The notes beneath the pieces were generated by a model. The model was not told where the DNA came from and ran no database searches. It saw nothing but the letters and a program-made list of their open reading frames with translations. A DNA stretch of 64,000 bases from Amoebidium appalachense (taxonomy: Eukaryota > Protista > Ichthyosporea), in NCBI GenBank assembly GCA_963693365.1, contig CAVNZM010000012.1:2976001-3040000 (forward strand), in the 5' to 3' direction. Shown here one piece after another: positions 1-19,046 of this stretch. The first letter of the stretch is position 1; the number at the start of each line of letters is the position of its first letter. The translations under genes were made by a program, and so were the position numbers.

Positions 1-312
1 TGCACTACTTGGTATATAAATCGGTGCCTGCTATCAAACTGCACATTACGTTCACGGGATTCCCTGAGGAGAGCTAGTCTCGCGTTTTTTGTGCCACAAA
101 AGTTTTAGCAATTCATTTAGTTATATGACAACGGCTTGGTCACGCACGTGTTCATTTATCAACACCAAGAGCTTTACAGGCAGTTCATTTTACAGAGTTT
201 TGGAATTCCGATTGTCAATAGCTCTATTGAGTTTTGTTACTTTTGTACCTTCTTTTTCTTCAAAGGGAACCTGTAGATCTTTCGTTACATCCTCAGGGAA
301 GCTCTGGTCAAC

Positions 313-1966
313 ATGGCTTCTCCGAGTAATAACTCTGAACCCGGCCTTCATTGTCGGCAAGAAGGCGAGGCTAATTCCACATCTCGCCATCTTCTTGACG
401 AGGAGGAGGAAAACGATGCACATTTTGCCCCAGTTATGGTTAATACACCCTGGGAGAAAAACGCAACTCCAAACCCAAAGGATGACGATACACAATCCAT
501 TAGAAGCGAAGATTCAGAAACTTTGCGTGCTGCTGCACAAAAGAAAGGCGAAGAGACGTGTGAATGCGGGGAAGAAGTGCAGAAGATGACCCCCATGTTG
601 GTATTGGTCTCTGTCGTTGCTGCACTTCCGAGTTTTGCCGATGGCTTTGCAAACACTGTGGTCAACAACTCTGCGTAGGTTCCTCCCTCCCTAACCTTTT
701 CACCTCCCCATGTTCCTTTTTGTTATGCAACTGTATGGGTTTTATTGTATAAAAATTTATAATGCGGGTTGTGTGATAGGTGAATACACAAACATTCATT
801 CTCAGATCACGAACAAACGTTCCTAGGAATGTCGGGGAGTGCACGAGTCATACGCCTATGAGCCAGACGCACATTCTCCAAAGGTCCGATTGCGGGTGCC
901 TATGAGATCAACTGGCAGCATTGCTGAAGCAAAGTATAGAAACATCCTGACATAGACGGGTATACTACCGCAGCTAAATATGCCATTTCTTGAGGGAACC
1001 GGATCCCCCCCCCCCCCCCCCCCCCCGCCCTTCCCCCCCCTCCCCCCTCCTCCTCCTCCCAAGGTTTCCCCCCGCATGCCATCAGCACTTTGAGCAAATG
1101 AGCAAAATCTTGAAGGAGTAGCAGTAATTCCTTGGGCCTGATTATCAGCACCTACACCAGTCAACATACATTGCCCTGTTTCTTTGTGCTGATGCCTTCC
1201 TCTCCGCAGGCCTGCCGTGATGAAATGGTTTGCCGACCGAGGGGACCCATTAACAAGCGCCCAATGGGCATTCATTGTTGCATTGTTCCCCATCGGTGCC
1301 TTTTTCGGTTCATTCCCTGCTGCCTACTTCATCAGAAGGGTGGGTGCACACAAAGCGCAATTGTACAACAACGCTGTCTACCTTACCGCTGGGATCATGA
1401 TGCTTTTTACGCAAAACTACGCCATGCTCGTGGTAGGACGTCTAATTGCAGGCATTGGAATTGGAGTCAATGGGGCGGCGAAGATGATCTACATCCAGGA
1501 ATGTTCGACCATGCGTTGCCGTGGTCCCCTGACCATAGTAGGCCAGAGCATATACGCCGCAGGTTGTCTTGGGGGGTTGGTGATGGGGATGAGCAGCGTC
1601 ATGGGCACACCCGAGCTGTGGCGGTGGCTGTACTGTCTGAGTGTGCTGCCTGCTGTGTTGCATCTAGCCATTGCTTCGTTCTTGCCTGAGAGTCCCCGGA
1701 CGCTGTATGTGCACGGAAAGGAAGAGAAGGCCCGCCGTGTGCTCGAGAAGTAACTATCCCTCTCCCCCCTTCCCCTCAATGCCGTCCCCCTTCCCCCTCC
1801 CCCCCCCCCCCCCGACCCTCCCCCCCCACCCTTTGGGCACTCCCAGCCATCCCCTTTTCTCTAGCCCGCTTTATACATAAACCTCCCGTTTTTGTTTTTT
1901 CGCTTACCGGTAAGCATACACACATACAACACGCGCTTGCTACATTGGTCAGCGCCGCTATTTAGC

Positions 1967-1997
<31 letters not shown>

Positions 1998-2076
1998 ACC
2001 CCTTCTCCCACCCCTCCCACACGCACGCGGCAGGCAGACACGCAGTGGCACACACACATCCACACACACACACACG

Positions 2077-2144
<68 letters not shown>

Positions 2145-3052
2145 TTCTTTGTCCTAGGGTCGGCAGCTCATACCTCTCCGTCTTTAACCACGTTTTACTC
2201 AACCTACCACTGCAATTTATCCCCCGATTGGTGTCGCTTGAGGAGGGTTTCTGGTCTGTAACATACAGCACGCTGACTTTTTATATTCACAGGCTGCGTG
2301 GGACCAAGAATGTTGACCGTGAATACGAGGAATACCGCCTGGCACACGAAAAACAGGTGGAAATAGGAAACAAATCCTTTTTCGGTGCCTACGTAGCCAT
2401 GTTCACAAACCCATACCTCCTCCGCCCCCTCCTTATCGTTACCCTTCTTCCCATCACCACTCCTTTCGCTTCAGGATATTTTGTCGTTTACTACAGTAAC
2501 CAAACATTCACGCAAGCGGGTCTTAGCAACGGCGAACTTGCAGGCGTGTTTGTCGGTGTCGCCATGTTTCTTTCCACGCTCGTTTCCAACCCGTTGGTTG
2601 AGTGGATCGGACGGAAAAGAACAATGTTACTTGGTTGGATGGTAACTTCTGTTATGGCCGCTATGTTTACCGTTGCTTCACAGTTTAGCCACATTGTTGC
2701 GTGGAATCACGCCGCGGTCGCTTTTCTTCTCGGGATTGAATTTTTCGGGTTTTTCGCCATGGGAGTTCAAGTTGTTATTGCACCGGAGCTCTTCCCAACT
2801 GAACAGAGGTGTCTTGGTGTTGCAACGAATCAAATGTGTATGCGAGTTGCACAGGCTGGGATTGCGTTTGTGTTCCCGCTGATTAGCAACGCAATCGGGA
2901 ACTTCAGTTTCCTTCTTTGTACAGGTACTGCGATCGTGAGTTGTTTGTTTGTTGCGGTTATGGTGCCGGAAACGAGGGGGCTTACGATGGAGCAAGTTCA
3001 GGCAAAGTTGGAAAAAGATTATCGTGTGAGGAAGAATAAGAGTAATGCGTGA
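313..3052 (+). CDS. MFS sugar porter (GLUT/SLC2-like hexose transporter), 3 exons
   Basis: Exons 313-674, 1210-1749 and 2293-3052 are joined by GT-AG introns in compatible phase (..NNSA|PAVMKWF..; ..RVLEK|LRGTKNV..). Sugar-porter motifs are present: VGRLIAGIGIG, YIQEC, PESPR, VEWIGRKRTML, PELFPTEQR, VPETRG. Many hydrophobic segments. Confidence 0.93.
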
Positions 3053-3563
3053 AAAGGCATAAAGATAAGGCGAAAAATATAGACAGATGGTTGTCTAATA
3101 AGACGTGTGATGATTGATCAATTGAATAATTACGTGTGCATTTGATATGTGTTTGTTGAATGATGAGATGTTGCTTTTAGGATTAATTGTAGAGGCAGAG
3201 ACCTACAGGAATGTAAACTACGTGCACGTTGCTAGAGGCACGCCGTGTTGCATGAACATATGCACTGGCACACACATTTACATAGCGCACACAAGTCACA
3301 TGTGCCGGAGGCATACAAGAGCACACATACACTCTCTCTCCGCCATTTTTGTCTGTCTATCATGTATGTCTTGGTCTGATTTGTTAGGTATGAATGAAAG
3401 TCCTGCCTGTTAATTGAACATGAGCGAAAAATTGCAGTGTATCCACTCCTCTATTGCCATGGCTGGACCATGGGTTAAAAAAAATATTGCTTGTCACAAA
3501 GTTTAGAAAAAATTTCTATCGCATCTGGATATCACGCTTGCCCATCGGGGAGAGACGAGCCCC

Positions 3564-3615
<52 letters not shown>

Positions 3616-3788
3616 CCCCGGACGTCCCGCAGTGCCAGCCCACGACCGGGGTCTCTCTCTCCCTCTCTCTCTTCTTTCCCCCTAGGATCCCCCATCAGCC
3701 TGCCTAGGCCAAGGCAAACACGTGATACATGCAGGAACCTCACGCGCACGTGCACAATTTCATCCACCCACTCAGGCCCGGGGAAGGG

Positions 3789-3819
<31 letters not shown>

Positions 3820-4524
3820 ATTAGAGTTCAACACTTTCAATCCATGGGTTCATAAGAGAAGTATACAATCGATGCATTCATGAAAGTGTCCCACACAGAA
3901 AGACCCCATGCACACAGTGCATTTTTAGGATATATTAGTTCCGTCATACTACACACACACAAAAAAGCAAAATACTAATATTAGCAATAAATACAATAAG
4001 AAAAGAATCATTTATATCAAACGAAAGGCAAACAATGATCGGCCGCAGTAACAAAGAGACTTAGCCCACCCAGAAAACCCCTGCAGCCCGAATAAAATTT
4101 ACAAATCCCCTTTTTTGATACGGCTACGTGGTGTGACAGATTTATCACTTACATATATCTCCGTGTGATAGATATTTACAAGTACCAGCAGATGTTCCGT
4201 ATGTCAACAGTGATATATCACTAAGTGGATATATCGAGGAAAACACGCCAAGACTATATGTGGGCCTCGAGCATATAGCTTGGTATTCAAATAACTCAAT
4301 TAACTTGAAAAACCGACTCCGTGTTACATATATCAAATAATATCATGACACGCACAACATTTATTAAGCAACACAACAACCACAAGTGATCAATGGGCAG
4401 TACAAGCACGTGCGTGTCCATGAACCCGTGTTTGTGCAACACATGTGCTTCCATCCTCCCCCCCCCCCCCCTCCCCCTCCCCCCTCTCTTTCTCCCCCCC
4501 TCCCCCCTCCCCCCTCTCCCCCGG

Positions 4525-4558
<34 letters not shown>

Positions 4559-4685
4559 CTCTCCCCTTCCCCCCCCTCCTCCCCCCCCCCCCAAAAAAAA
4601 AAAAAAAAGAAAAGAAAGAAAAGAAAAGGAAAGAAAAGAAAGGAAAAGAAAAAACCTTCCCACTTGTAGGCCAAGCCAGTGCCCA

Positions 4686-4882
4686 CTACACGGGGAAGAT
4701 GATGCGTGTAGTCACGTGATCAAACGGATGACGACATGCCACGTCACAGGCAAAGCACCAGTCGACATTGCACGTGTCACAGTGCAGCCTGGTGCCCACT
4801 ATGGGGCACTCTTTGCAGTATGTGCACGTGTGTCTCTCGTGACGGAGAATCGTGCGGTTGCGCAGAAACCAGTTGTTTTTTG

Positions 4883-4943
<61 letters not shown>

Positions 4944-5116
4944 TGAGGGTGGGGGGAGGGGGGAGGGGGGACACGGGGAGGATAGGAAAGGGGGGGAGGC
5001 GGTTGAATGCATCATAAAGTACGAAGGGAGGGTGGGGGGATGGGGGGGGTGGGGCAAGAGCAGGGGGGAGGGAGGGGGGAGGGGGAAGAGTGTGCATTTG
5101 TGTGTCACGTGTGTGT

Positions 5117-5147
<31 letters not shown>

Positions 5148-5187
5148 GGGGGGGAGGGGGGAGGGAAAGTTGTGTGTGTGTGAGGAA

Positions 5188-5218
<31 letters not shown>

Positions 5219-6028
5219 AATGGTGTGTGTGCTGGCATAGGTGTGCGTACTTGTATGTACGTGGTTTGTGTGTTTGATTTAAGGGTGGCATTGAAACAAG
5301 TCACTGGATTTTCATGGCGCGCGCACGTGTGTGTGTGTGGGAGGGGAGGGGGGGGGGAAAGGGGGGAGAGGGGAAGGGGGGGGGGGCGCGATGGGGACGC
5401 GGAAAAGGGGGGGGGGGGAGGGGGGAGAGAGAGAGGGTGAAAGAAGAAGGGGGAAAAGGGGGGAGGTTAGGATGCAGCCTGACACCGGTACAGCTTAGGG
5501 TTTTACAAACACGGCCACATGAGGTTTTGACAGAAACAGAGCACGGCTAGTGTGTGGTCCACACAAACACACCCTCATGGTGGCATAAATCATGTTGGGA
5601 AAAAGCACAGATGGGGGCAGGTGTCCCCCGGGGGGGGGGGGGGGGGGGGGTTGAATGCGTCATAACGTAAGAAGTACACAGGAACAACGGATAACACGAT
5701 GCAGAGTGCAAACCATACATAAAGAATATGCATAATAAGCAGAGTACATCCTCAAGGGGGGCCCACGTCATCCACAGTACCCGAGTGGGGGGGAGAGGGA
5801 GGGGGGGGGGGGGGGGGGGGGGAGGGGTGAGCGGGAAGGAAATGTGAATAGGTTTGATTCGGTCGAGATGGCGAGTAGTTGAATGTCAGGGAGAAAAGGG
5901 GGAATGTATCCTTGGGCGTGGGGGGGGGGGGGGGGGGGGGGGTGGTTTCCTGCTACACTGGGGTATCTTTAGACTGCAACAATGTTTATCTCGGGATATC
6001 TATTTTTTTGCAATTCATTCCCCCTCCG

Positions 6029-6070
<42 letters not shown>

Positions 6071-6404
6071 AACTTAAAAAAAATAATAAAAATAAAAATA
6101 AGCACCACCCACGCACTCAATTGCACACAGAAGCTTGCACACAGACCCACACTCACACTTGCAGCATGCACCCACCAGCCCTCTTCACTCTTCACGTTAC
6201 CCTTGTCAACCGTTAGCTCATACCTGCCAGCCCTTTTCTCTCTGTCATCCACCCCAAAGCCCATACACATCCGGCCCGTTGTCCGTTTGCACCCGCACAC
6301 ACGCTATGACACATACAGATGCATACACACATTTACACATAGGCATACACAAACACATGTGCACATGCAAACAGATGCAACCCCTTCTTCCCCCCGCCTC
6401 CCGC

Positions 6405-6435
<31 letters not shown>

Positions 6436-7936
6436 AACCACCACACACACCCACACATCAACACCCGTGCATACACACAAACCTACACACAGACACCTCA
6501 AAACCCTACCCATACCCACCCACCCACCCACCAACACCTCCCCCACACACACAGAGCCATCTCCCCCCACCCCCCCCCCCCAAAAAAAAAGAAAAAAAAG
6601 AAAAAAAAGAAAACACACCAACACGTACACATACCCCAGCGTCATCCGAGTCCAACACTTTTATCAACAGGTGATTCTCTCTGTTTTCACCATGGAAATG
6701 CACCGTTTTCCCCGTAGCCTCGCAAGCTTCACAGAAATCGATATCCGGGCACACCAAACATCGATACCTCACCCCCCTGAGAGGAGTAGCACCACACCCA
6801 TCACAAAACACCCCCTCGTGAATAACATCCACAGATGGGCGGGAGGTGAACGGGAGGAAGGTTTGCGCAAAATTGAAGGAGGTGGGAGTGGAGAGGGTAG
6901 AAGAAACAGGTGTGCCCAGAGGGGAGGGGGGACCCCCCGGACTGTTTACGATTCCGGTGATTATGAGCATGTTGGAGCCACGATGACGAACGGCGAATAG
7001 GAAAGAGCGATCGCACCGCATCATGAATTGACCAATCATAGAAGAGGACGTCGAGCCTAAATTAGAAGGTGCGGAGGTGGCCACGCCGACGGATGATTCG
7101 TCGAAAACCTCCAAAACTACCTTTTGCACCATGTCGGCAATATACGGGTTGATGGGCTTTCCTGTCTCCTTATCAATCTCCTCTTTCCCATTCTCAATGA
7201 ATTTCGTAAATTCCGCTTTTTCTGAATCAAACGCCAGTTCGCAACCCAATTTACGCATAAATGGCGCAAACGAATTCGTTGTTTCGACCCGAAATTTCGG
7301 TAGTTGCAGTGTACCGGGTCTGGGAGCCAATGATTGGGCGATCTGAGGCATGGCATAGGGTAGGGATGCTAGAAGCTGTGCACTGGTCATGGAAGGGTGC
7401 GGAAGGATGGCCAGGGCGGTGAATTCACTGGATGGCCAACCAGCCATGCCAAACGGTAACTCCACACACTGTGTGTATATATGTGCATTTGGGGGGGGGG
7501 GGGGGGGGGGGGGGGGAGGGGGATTGTGTGTTAAGAAGGACGTGGGGGAGGAGGAGGTGGTGGTGGTGGTTGGGGGGGGAAGGGGAGGGGGAGGGTTTTG
7601 GGGGGAGGGAGGGGGGGGGGGGGGGAGGGGGGGGGGGGGGAAGGAGGAGCAAGTTTAAAATGTGCTAACAGAGCATTAAGTACACTCATACAAAGAATAT
7701 GCATCAAAAGCACGGGGAGGGGGGGGAGGGGGGAGGGGGAGGGTAAAGGGGCTCGGGAGGGAAGACAATGGGGGAAGAGGGAGGGGCAGAGGGAGGAGAG
7801 ACAAAGTGGGAGGGGGGAGGGTACAACCGGCAAAGGGCAAAGAAATTACAAGGCAAGGCTTTGGGATTAATGGTCCCTTCTTCTTTGCCTTTCGTTTTTT
7901 TTTTTTTTTTCTTTTCTTGCTTTCTTTCTTTCTTTC

Positions 7937-7967
<31 letters not shown>

Positions 7968-8838
7968 TTTTTTTTTTTTTTGGGGGGGGGGGGGTTGTTC
8001 CCATGGAGAAGGGGTATCAATCTCTCAATGCCCAAACGCAACACACACATAAATGTACAAACATGCCACATACACATACATGTGCACATACATTCAAACA
8101 TACACACACATGTACAAGCAAATACATACGCAAATGCACATGCACACACACTGTGCCATACCCAGGTACATTGCACATGCGAATACAACACAAACATTGC
8201 CCATCTGCAGAAACCCTTGCACAAACAATACACAAATGCATAATGGCACACACATTACTCACATCACATGCACACAGGCATAGAACACCAAAACGCACAC
8301 ATGCTTGGGAACCCACTCTTGCACACACATTCACTTATTAGACCGTCCATGCTCTAAAGTCCCCCCCCCCCCCAAATTCTCTCTCCCTCCCCCCCCCCCC
8401 CCCCCCCCCCCGCCACCACCGCCATCACCCACACCCACCCACCCACCTGCATGCCCCCTATCTCGCAGTAGCTGAATGTGCCTGACCGACACACCAACGT
8501 GCACTCCGACACCAACCCATCGCTCAGATAGAAGGGCGCCAGCCGGGAGCTCTCTTTTGTGAATCTCTGGGCCCACTGCCCCTTAAAGTGCACCACACTA
8601 ACTGCAGTGCTACCGGATATGTCCCTGTGGATTAAAGCACACGATTAGAAGGTGCTTCAAATGATTGGAAAGTGTGGGTGCGATGGAAAGGGATGGTAGC
8701 TTGCGAGGAATGACGAGAGCCCGAGATGGGAGGGGGGGGGGGGGGGAAGGGGCGGGGAGGGGGGAAGGGGGAGGAGGGGGGAGGACGGGAAAGGGACAAA
8801 AAAGAGATGAAGGCTATGTATTGACTCTAAGCGTGCGA

Positions 8839-8897
<59 letters not shown>

Positions 8898-10680
8898 CGT
8901 GCGTGCGTGTGCGCACGCGTGTCCTCCCTCCTTCCTCGGAGGAGCATGCTGAGGGATAAGTGGGCATGATAGACAGTGTTAATATTGCGATCCTTGTGGT
9001 ACTACTTACATGTTTTTACATTTCGTATAACACATACACCAAGCGTGTAAACATCTATAACATGTGTACACATGCATTGCATTTATGCAGGCATGCGTGC
9101 GGAGATTATTGGACTACCACTTTTCTCGTTCTTTGAAGTGTTACATAAAATTGGCACAAGCATACTTTCATGTTGTTCTGTTTGCGTACACAGGGAGTAT
9201 TAAAGTGTTGATGCTGGTGTGTATGCTAAATGGGCTCTACATAGGTCGATAATTCGCTGTATAATTGTTTTACCCTTTTCATATTTTCCATAGTGCACTT
9301 AGTAATCTGTACGCCATATCACAAGCGATATTCCTGTCAATCACTAAAAATATGAAGTGACCTAACTTACAACAACAGCAACAAAAACGGTGTAAATCAT
9401 TTCGCACGAACTACATACCAGCAATAGAATAAACTGGTGCATTGGGCGGGCTAAAACCTCAACCCATTCAGGGCTTTATGAACCATATTTCCCGGCGCCC
9501 AAGCCATGCCTAAACCCTGTTCTTCGGCCTTCCAGCTTCCCCCTTCTCCAACCCAATCCCTTGTTTCCTCCGTCTCTCCCCGCTCTCTGCCCCCATCCCC
9601 TTTCCCCCTCCCCTCCCCCCCCCCCCCTACCCCCCCTCCGCCGCCCCGGTAGCCCCTCCTCCCTTTCTCTGACACACTTACTCCCGCCCTACTCCCCCCC
9701 CCCCCTCCCGGCCCCGAACCCCTCTCTCTCACCGTCGTCGCCGTCGGCCATGCCACCAACGCACACACTCACAGGCTGTGAATGGACACACACTCACCAC
9801 TCACCTAGTCAGAACCTTTGTGATCTTGCCTGCGGTCCTCTTTGCTATCCACTCGTTGATGGTGTGTGCCTCTCTGCTGTAGTGAAACATCCACGCCGCA
9901 TTCTTGGACTCCACCACTGCACGCAGGTCCAGGCTAGCAAGGGCCGTGAGCCAAAAAGAGTTGGCTAAAAGTAGACGGGCCGCTATGTGGGTAGATGGTG
10001 GAGATGAGTGGAGTGAGAAGATGGGGGATGGGCAAGTTCCGAAGGGATTTGGGCAACGCCGTGGTTAGAAGGAAAAGAGAGTGCGTACAGGATAGGTGTC
10101 TTGGTGTGCGCAGATGAGAAGATGGGTTGTTGTGGACGTGATATGCGTTTGTGGTTTGGGCGAGCCTGAAGAGGAAAATAGATCTTGCGGGTGATGTTCT
10201 CATGTATCCCGGCCCAGATCTATGAAAAGGAAACGCTAAAAGGGTTTCAGGTACCACATAAAACCATAATGTTAAGCAATGCTTCCATTTTTACTGAAAA
10301 CCACTTCTCTCAGCTTTTCCTCTACGCCCATCATCACGAGTTTATGTTTTCTGTCTCTCTCCTAACCTCACATATCCACTCACCTGGCATATCTGAATTA
10401 GATCCACAACATTCTTCGTCTCCTGGTTGATAGTATCAAGGTCCTCATTGTTCTCAAGGTTCATTATTGCAAGCAGCTGCCTGCGTGTCTCTCCCTCCGA
10501 TGCATTTGCCATTGTCGTGAGTGCTAGATGTAAACTAACGGGTGACAGAAAGCAGTTTGCATGGGGCCCACCCTCGGGTGAAGCCAAAAGCAGACCGAGA
10601 ACAGAAACGGCTGTCTGTGTGGCTGCGGACGCGTACGTGTCGCGGTGGTCCCATGATGCGGCTTTTGTGGTGTCTAACAT
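4686..10680 (-). CDS. Intracellular serpin fused to two C-terminal ZZ-type zinc fingers (~571 aa), 6 exons
   Basis: Exons 10680-10384, 10219-10189 (needs a GC donor; least certain), 9982-9805, 8624-8447, 7468-6635 and 4883-4686. Serpin motifs: [74 protein letters not shown]1: [37 protein letters not shown]2: [37 protein letters not shown]. Confidence 0.88.
5651..5755 (-). mobile_element. Short dispersed intronic repeat, longest copy
   Basis: Minus strand reads ..gaggatgtactctgcttattatgcatattctttatgtatggtttgcactctgcatcgtgttatccgttgttcctgtgtacttcttacgttatgacgcattcaa followed by poly-C. Homologous to 14658-14720, 34977-35059 and 54160-54255. Confidence 0.6.
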
Positions 10681-12558
10681 TTTTGCCTATTTGTAACATG
10701 AACTGAAAACAAAAGCTAACGATTTGAGGTGTGACCGTATTTGTTTCTGGCAGAGGGCCCACGGCAGATTCGTGCTAGCGAGGCTAGCTATTCACTTCAA
10801 GTTCAGAAATATACAGTAGATTCCTGCTCAAACTTTCGAACATATGCCAGTGCGCCTACACATGCATCGCAAAACACGCATGTTGGTACAGTACAAAGTG
10901 GCACCCCCGTTCCCTGCTGGCGGACCTTGTTTTTGTTTTGGTCGGGTAGGACGCACTTTGCAAACAGTAGATCTTGCTGCCAAGCTGCGAGTGGCTGAAA
11001 GATCACTGCAGTCTAGACTAGTCTAGAGTACGATCTATTGGGGTCTTACGAGTATCATGTATTGTAGAATTTTGTACTTAACTGTTATTGTTTATAAAAA
11101 TCATATTATACACTAATAATGGTAAAAATGATTATTGTAACAATTATATAACAAATAAGCTCCTTTTAAGCCGCGCGGAACTTGCATACAGTATACGTGT
11201 ATACTTTGCTGACAAGTATTTTAGTCGGTATTGAATCAACAGTTGTTGTTGAGGCTGGTGTAGGGTGAACAAGGAATGCCAGCTACATTTGATTGGTGTA
11301 AACTGTACCACTGACTGCTAATCGATTGGTAGATCTGAGATCTTAAAATCGTGGCTTTGAGCTGGTTATGTGGAAGGCACCGGTAAGTTGGCTATGTGCA
11401 TGTGCTAGCTAAATCTGTAAGGCACAAATCCGTCGAAAAAACTGGCCAGGCACATGCATGACTCATGAGCACGTTACCACGCACCGACCACATGCATCAT
11501 TTACTTAAAGCTTCCAAGGTATCCATGCATAATTTTGCACACCTTCCGGCCTCTGACATTGTGCATAGAAGTGTTTGGAAGTTCCACGTGCACGTGCACG
11601 AAGCCGAAAACTCATGTTATGGCCTAGCTCGCCCGAGTTCCCGTTGCGTTTCATACTCAAGCAGACCGGAGCACTTTTACAGACAGTGAAACATGTGTGC
11701 ACACTCAACTTTGGGTACACGAGCTCGAGGTACACAGTTTTGACAGCGCTAGCTAAGACGTATGTACGTATTATCCCCCCCCCCTTCCATACACATACAC
11801 GTGTACACACGCACGCACACACACACACACACACACACATGTACACACGTGTACATGTACACACACACACACGCACACACACGCACACACACACGTGGCA
11901 CACACACACACACGCGCGCGCGTGGCACACATGTACACACACACATACACACACTCACGCACTCACGTCGTTTACTGTTCTATGTAGTACTCAGCTGGGT
12001 GCACACGGTCTGTACATGTACATGTTCAACGGATATCGATCCGGGTGGCTGTTGGTACAGCTGTACACATGTGCCAGTCGTTCGCCAGAGATGAATTCGA
12101 ATAATTCCGGCGAGGCACACACGTGCCCCGGGACCGGCCGTGAATTCGAAGTATGTATGTTGTCGAACGTGAGGCGCCCGCTCATAGAGCGGGGAAAAGT
12201 GCGCCCGTTTGTGTCCACTGCACGCACTGTACCTCACGCACGTGCAGGAAGATTCAAAGGTGCCAGATGCACATGGATGGATCTGGAAGATTGATTGTTC
12301 ATGTGCTCAGCACATGCACATGGACTTAAATTCCTGGGAGTGAGCCATGCATGCATTCGCATGCTGATCATGAGGCCTGCCATTGAGCTGCCTGATCACG
12401 AAAGCGATATCGATGACCAACGGTTTTGCGCCCCTTGAAGATCATGTACACGTGTACATGTGTACTGTGTGTGTGTGTGTGTGACACTGTGACACCATCT
12501 GTGTGTGTCTGTCAGTGCGTGTCTCTCACGTGCACACACACACACACACACGCACACA

Positions 12559-12590
<32 letters not shown>

Positions 12591-12633
12591 ATCTCTCTCT
12601 TTCGCTCTCTCATTAGATTTCTCGCTCTCTCGC

Positions 12634-12735
<102 letters not shown>

Positions 12736-13229
12736 CGTGTGTGCGTGTATCATAGTGTGTGGGCTGTGCCTCATCTGCTCGTGTGTGGATGTATGTGCCT
12801 GGTTGCCGTTGGGTCGGAATGTGTGCGTGTATATTTCAGGCTGTGAATGTTCATGTGTGTCTGTGTCTGTGTGTTTGCGTATGAGCATGCGTGCACATCT
12901 GCGTGTGCGTGCGCATGCATATGCTGTTTTGCACGTGTGCGAAACGTCGTTCAGCGAAACACATCATACACAGGGGTACACGTAGTGGATGCCGCTGGCT
13001 GGTTTGTGTGGGGCCAATCCATGCCATTTCAAACAAAAAAAAAAAGAATGGATTTTATTTCGGGGTTTCACAGCTGGATCTTGTTCATGTCCTTCACACC
13101 CTCGCAGATACGTATGTAGTCTCACCATCATTCGAATGTGATCAGTCGTCATGCAACCTGGATTCATTACAAGATTTACCATATCCGGTTCAACCTATCC
13201 ACTAGTGGGACAAACCGAGCTGCAGGTAA

Positions 13230-13501
13230 TTAAAAATCACAGTGCCACATTGCCAATAACACGATTCTTCCCATATGCACTGGTCACGTAGGTTAGTAAA
13301 TGTAACAAATCTCAATCTGCCGATAGACCGACGTGTGCTGCTGTAAACCCATCGAGCGATGGGTTTACAGCAGTTAAAAATCACAGTGCCACATTGCCAA
13401 TAACACGATTCTTCCCATATGCACTGGTCACGTAGGTTAGTAAATGTAACAAATCTCAATCTGCCGGTAGACCGACGTGTGCTGCTGTAAACCCATCGAG
13501 C
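13230..13501. repeat. 128-bp direct duplication (period 144) with a 17-bp perfect inverted repeat at the junction
   Basis: 13230-13357 and 13374-13501 differ at one base. Junction ctgctgtaaacccatcg-ag-cgatgggtttacagcag spans 13338-13373. Confidence 0.9.
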
Positions 13502-13554
13502 AACATCTATTGTGCCTCCCTGCGCATAATGTGCATATGACGGGCACTACCGCA

Positions 13555-13596
<42 letters not shown>

Positions 13597-13822
13597 GTGT
13601 GCGCGCGCACACGTGTCCGGGCATGCGCGGTTGTACACTGTGCATGTATGCGTGTGCGTGTGTGCGTGCACGCATGAATGTGTACTACACTCGTTGGTCT
13701 TTTAGGAACCTATCACAGTTCGCTTTTGACAAACTTTTATCCTGTCTTTCTGTAGTAGACATTTCAAACATTCCATCGACAGCCCACCACATATCACACA
13801 TTCCATTGACACTGAACACCAA

Positions 13823-19046
<5,224 letters not shown>

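Noticed and set aside
780-960. Extra exon in intron 1 of the sugar transporter
   Set aside because: The direct 674-to-1210 join is in frame and gives a normal-looking loop; the candidate frames show no family similarity.
5470-5600. Cys-rich extra serpin-ZZ exon (including an HEGVF echo)
   Set aside because: It is not needed for phase, has no convincing donor and lacks ZZ cysteine spacing.
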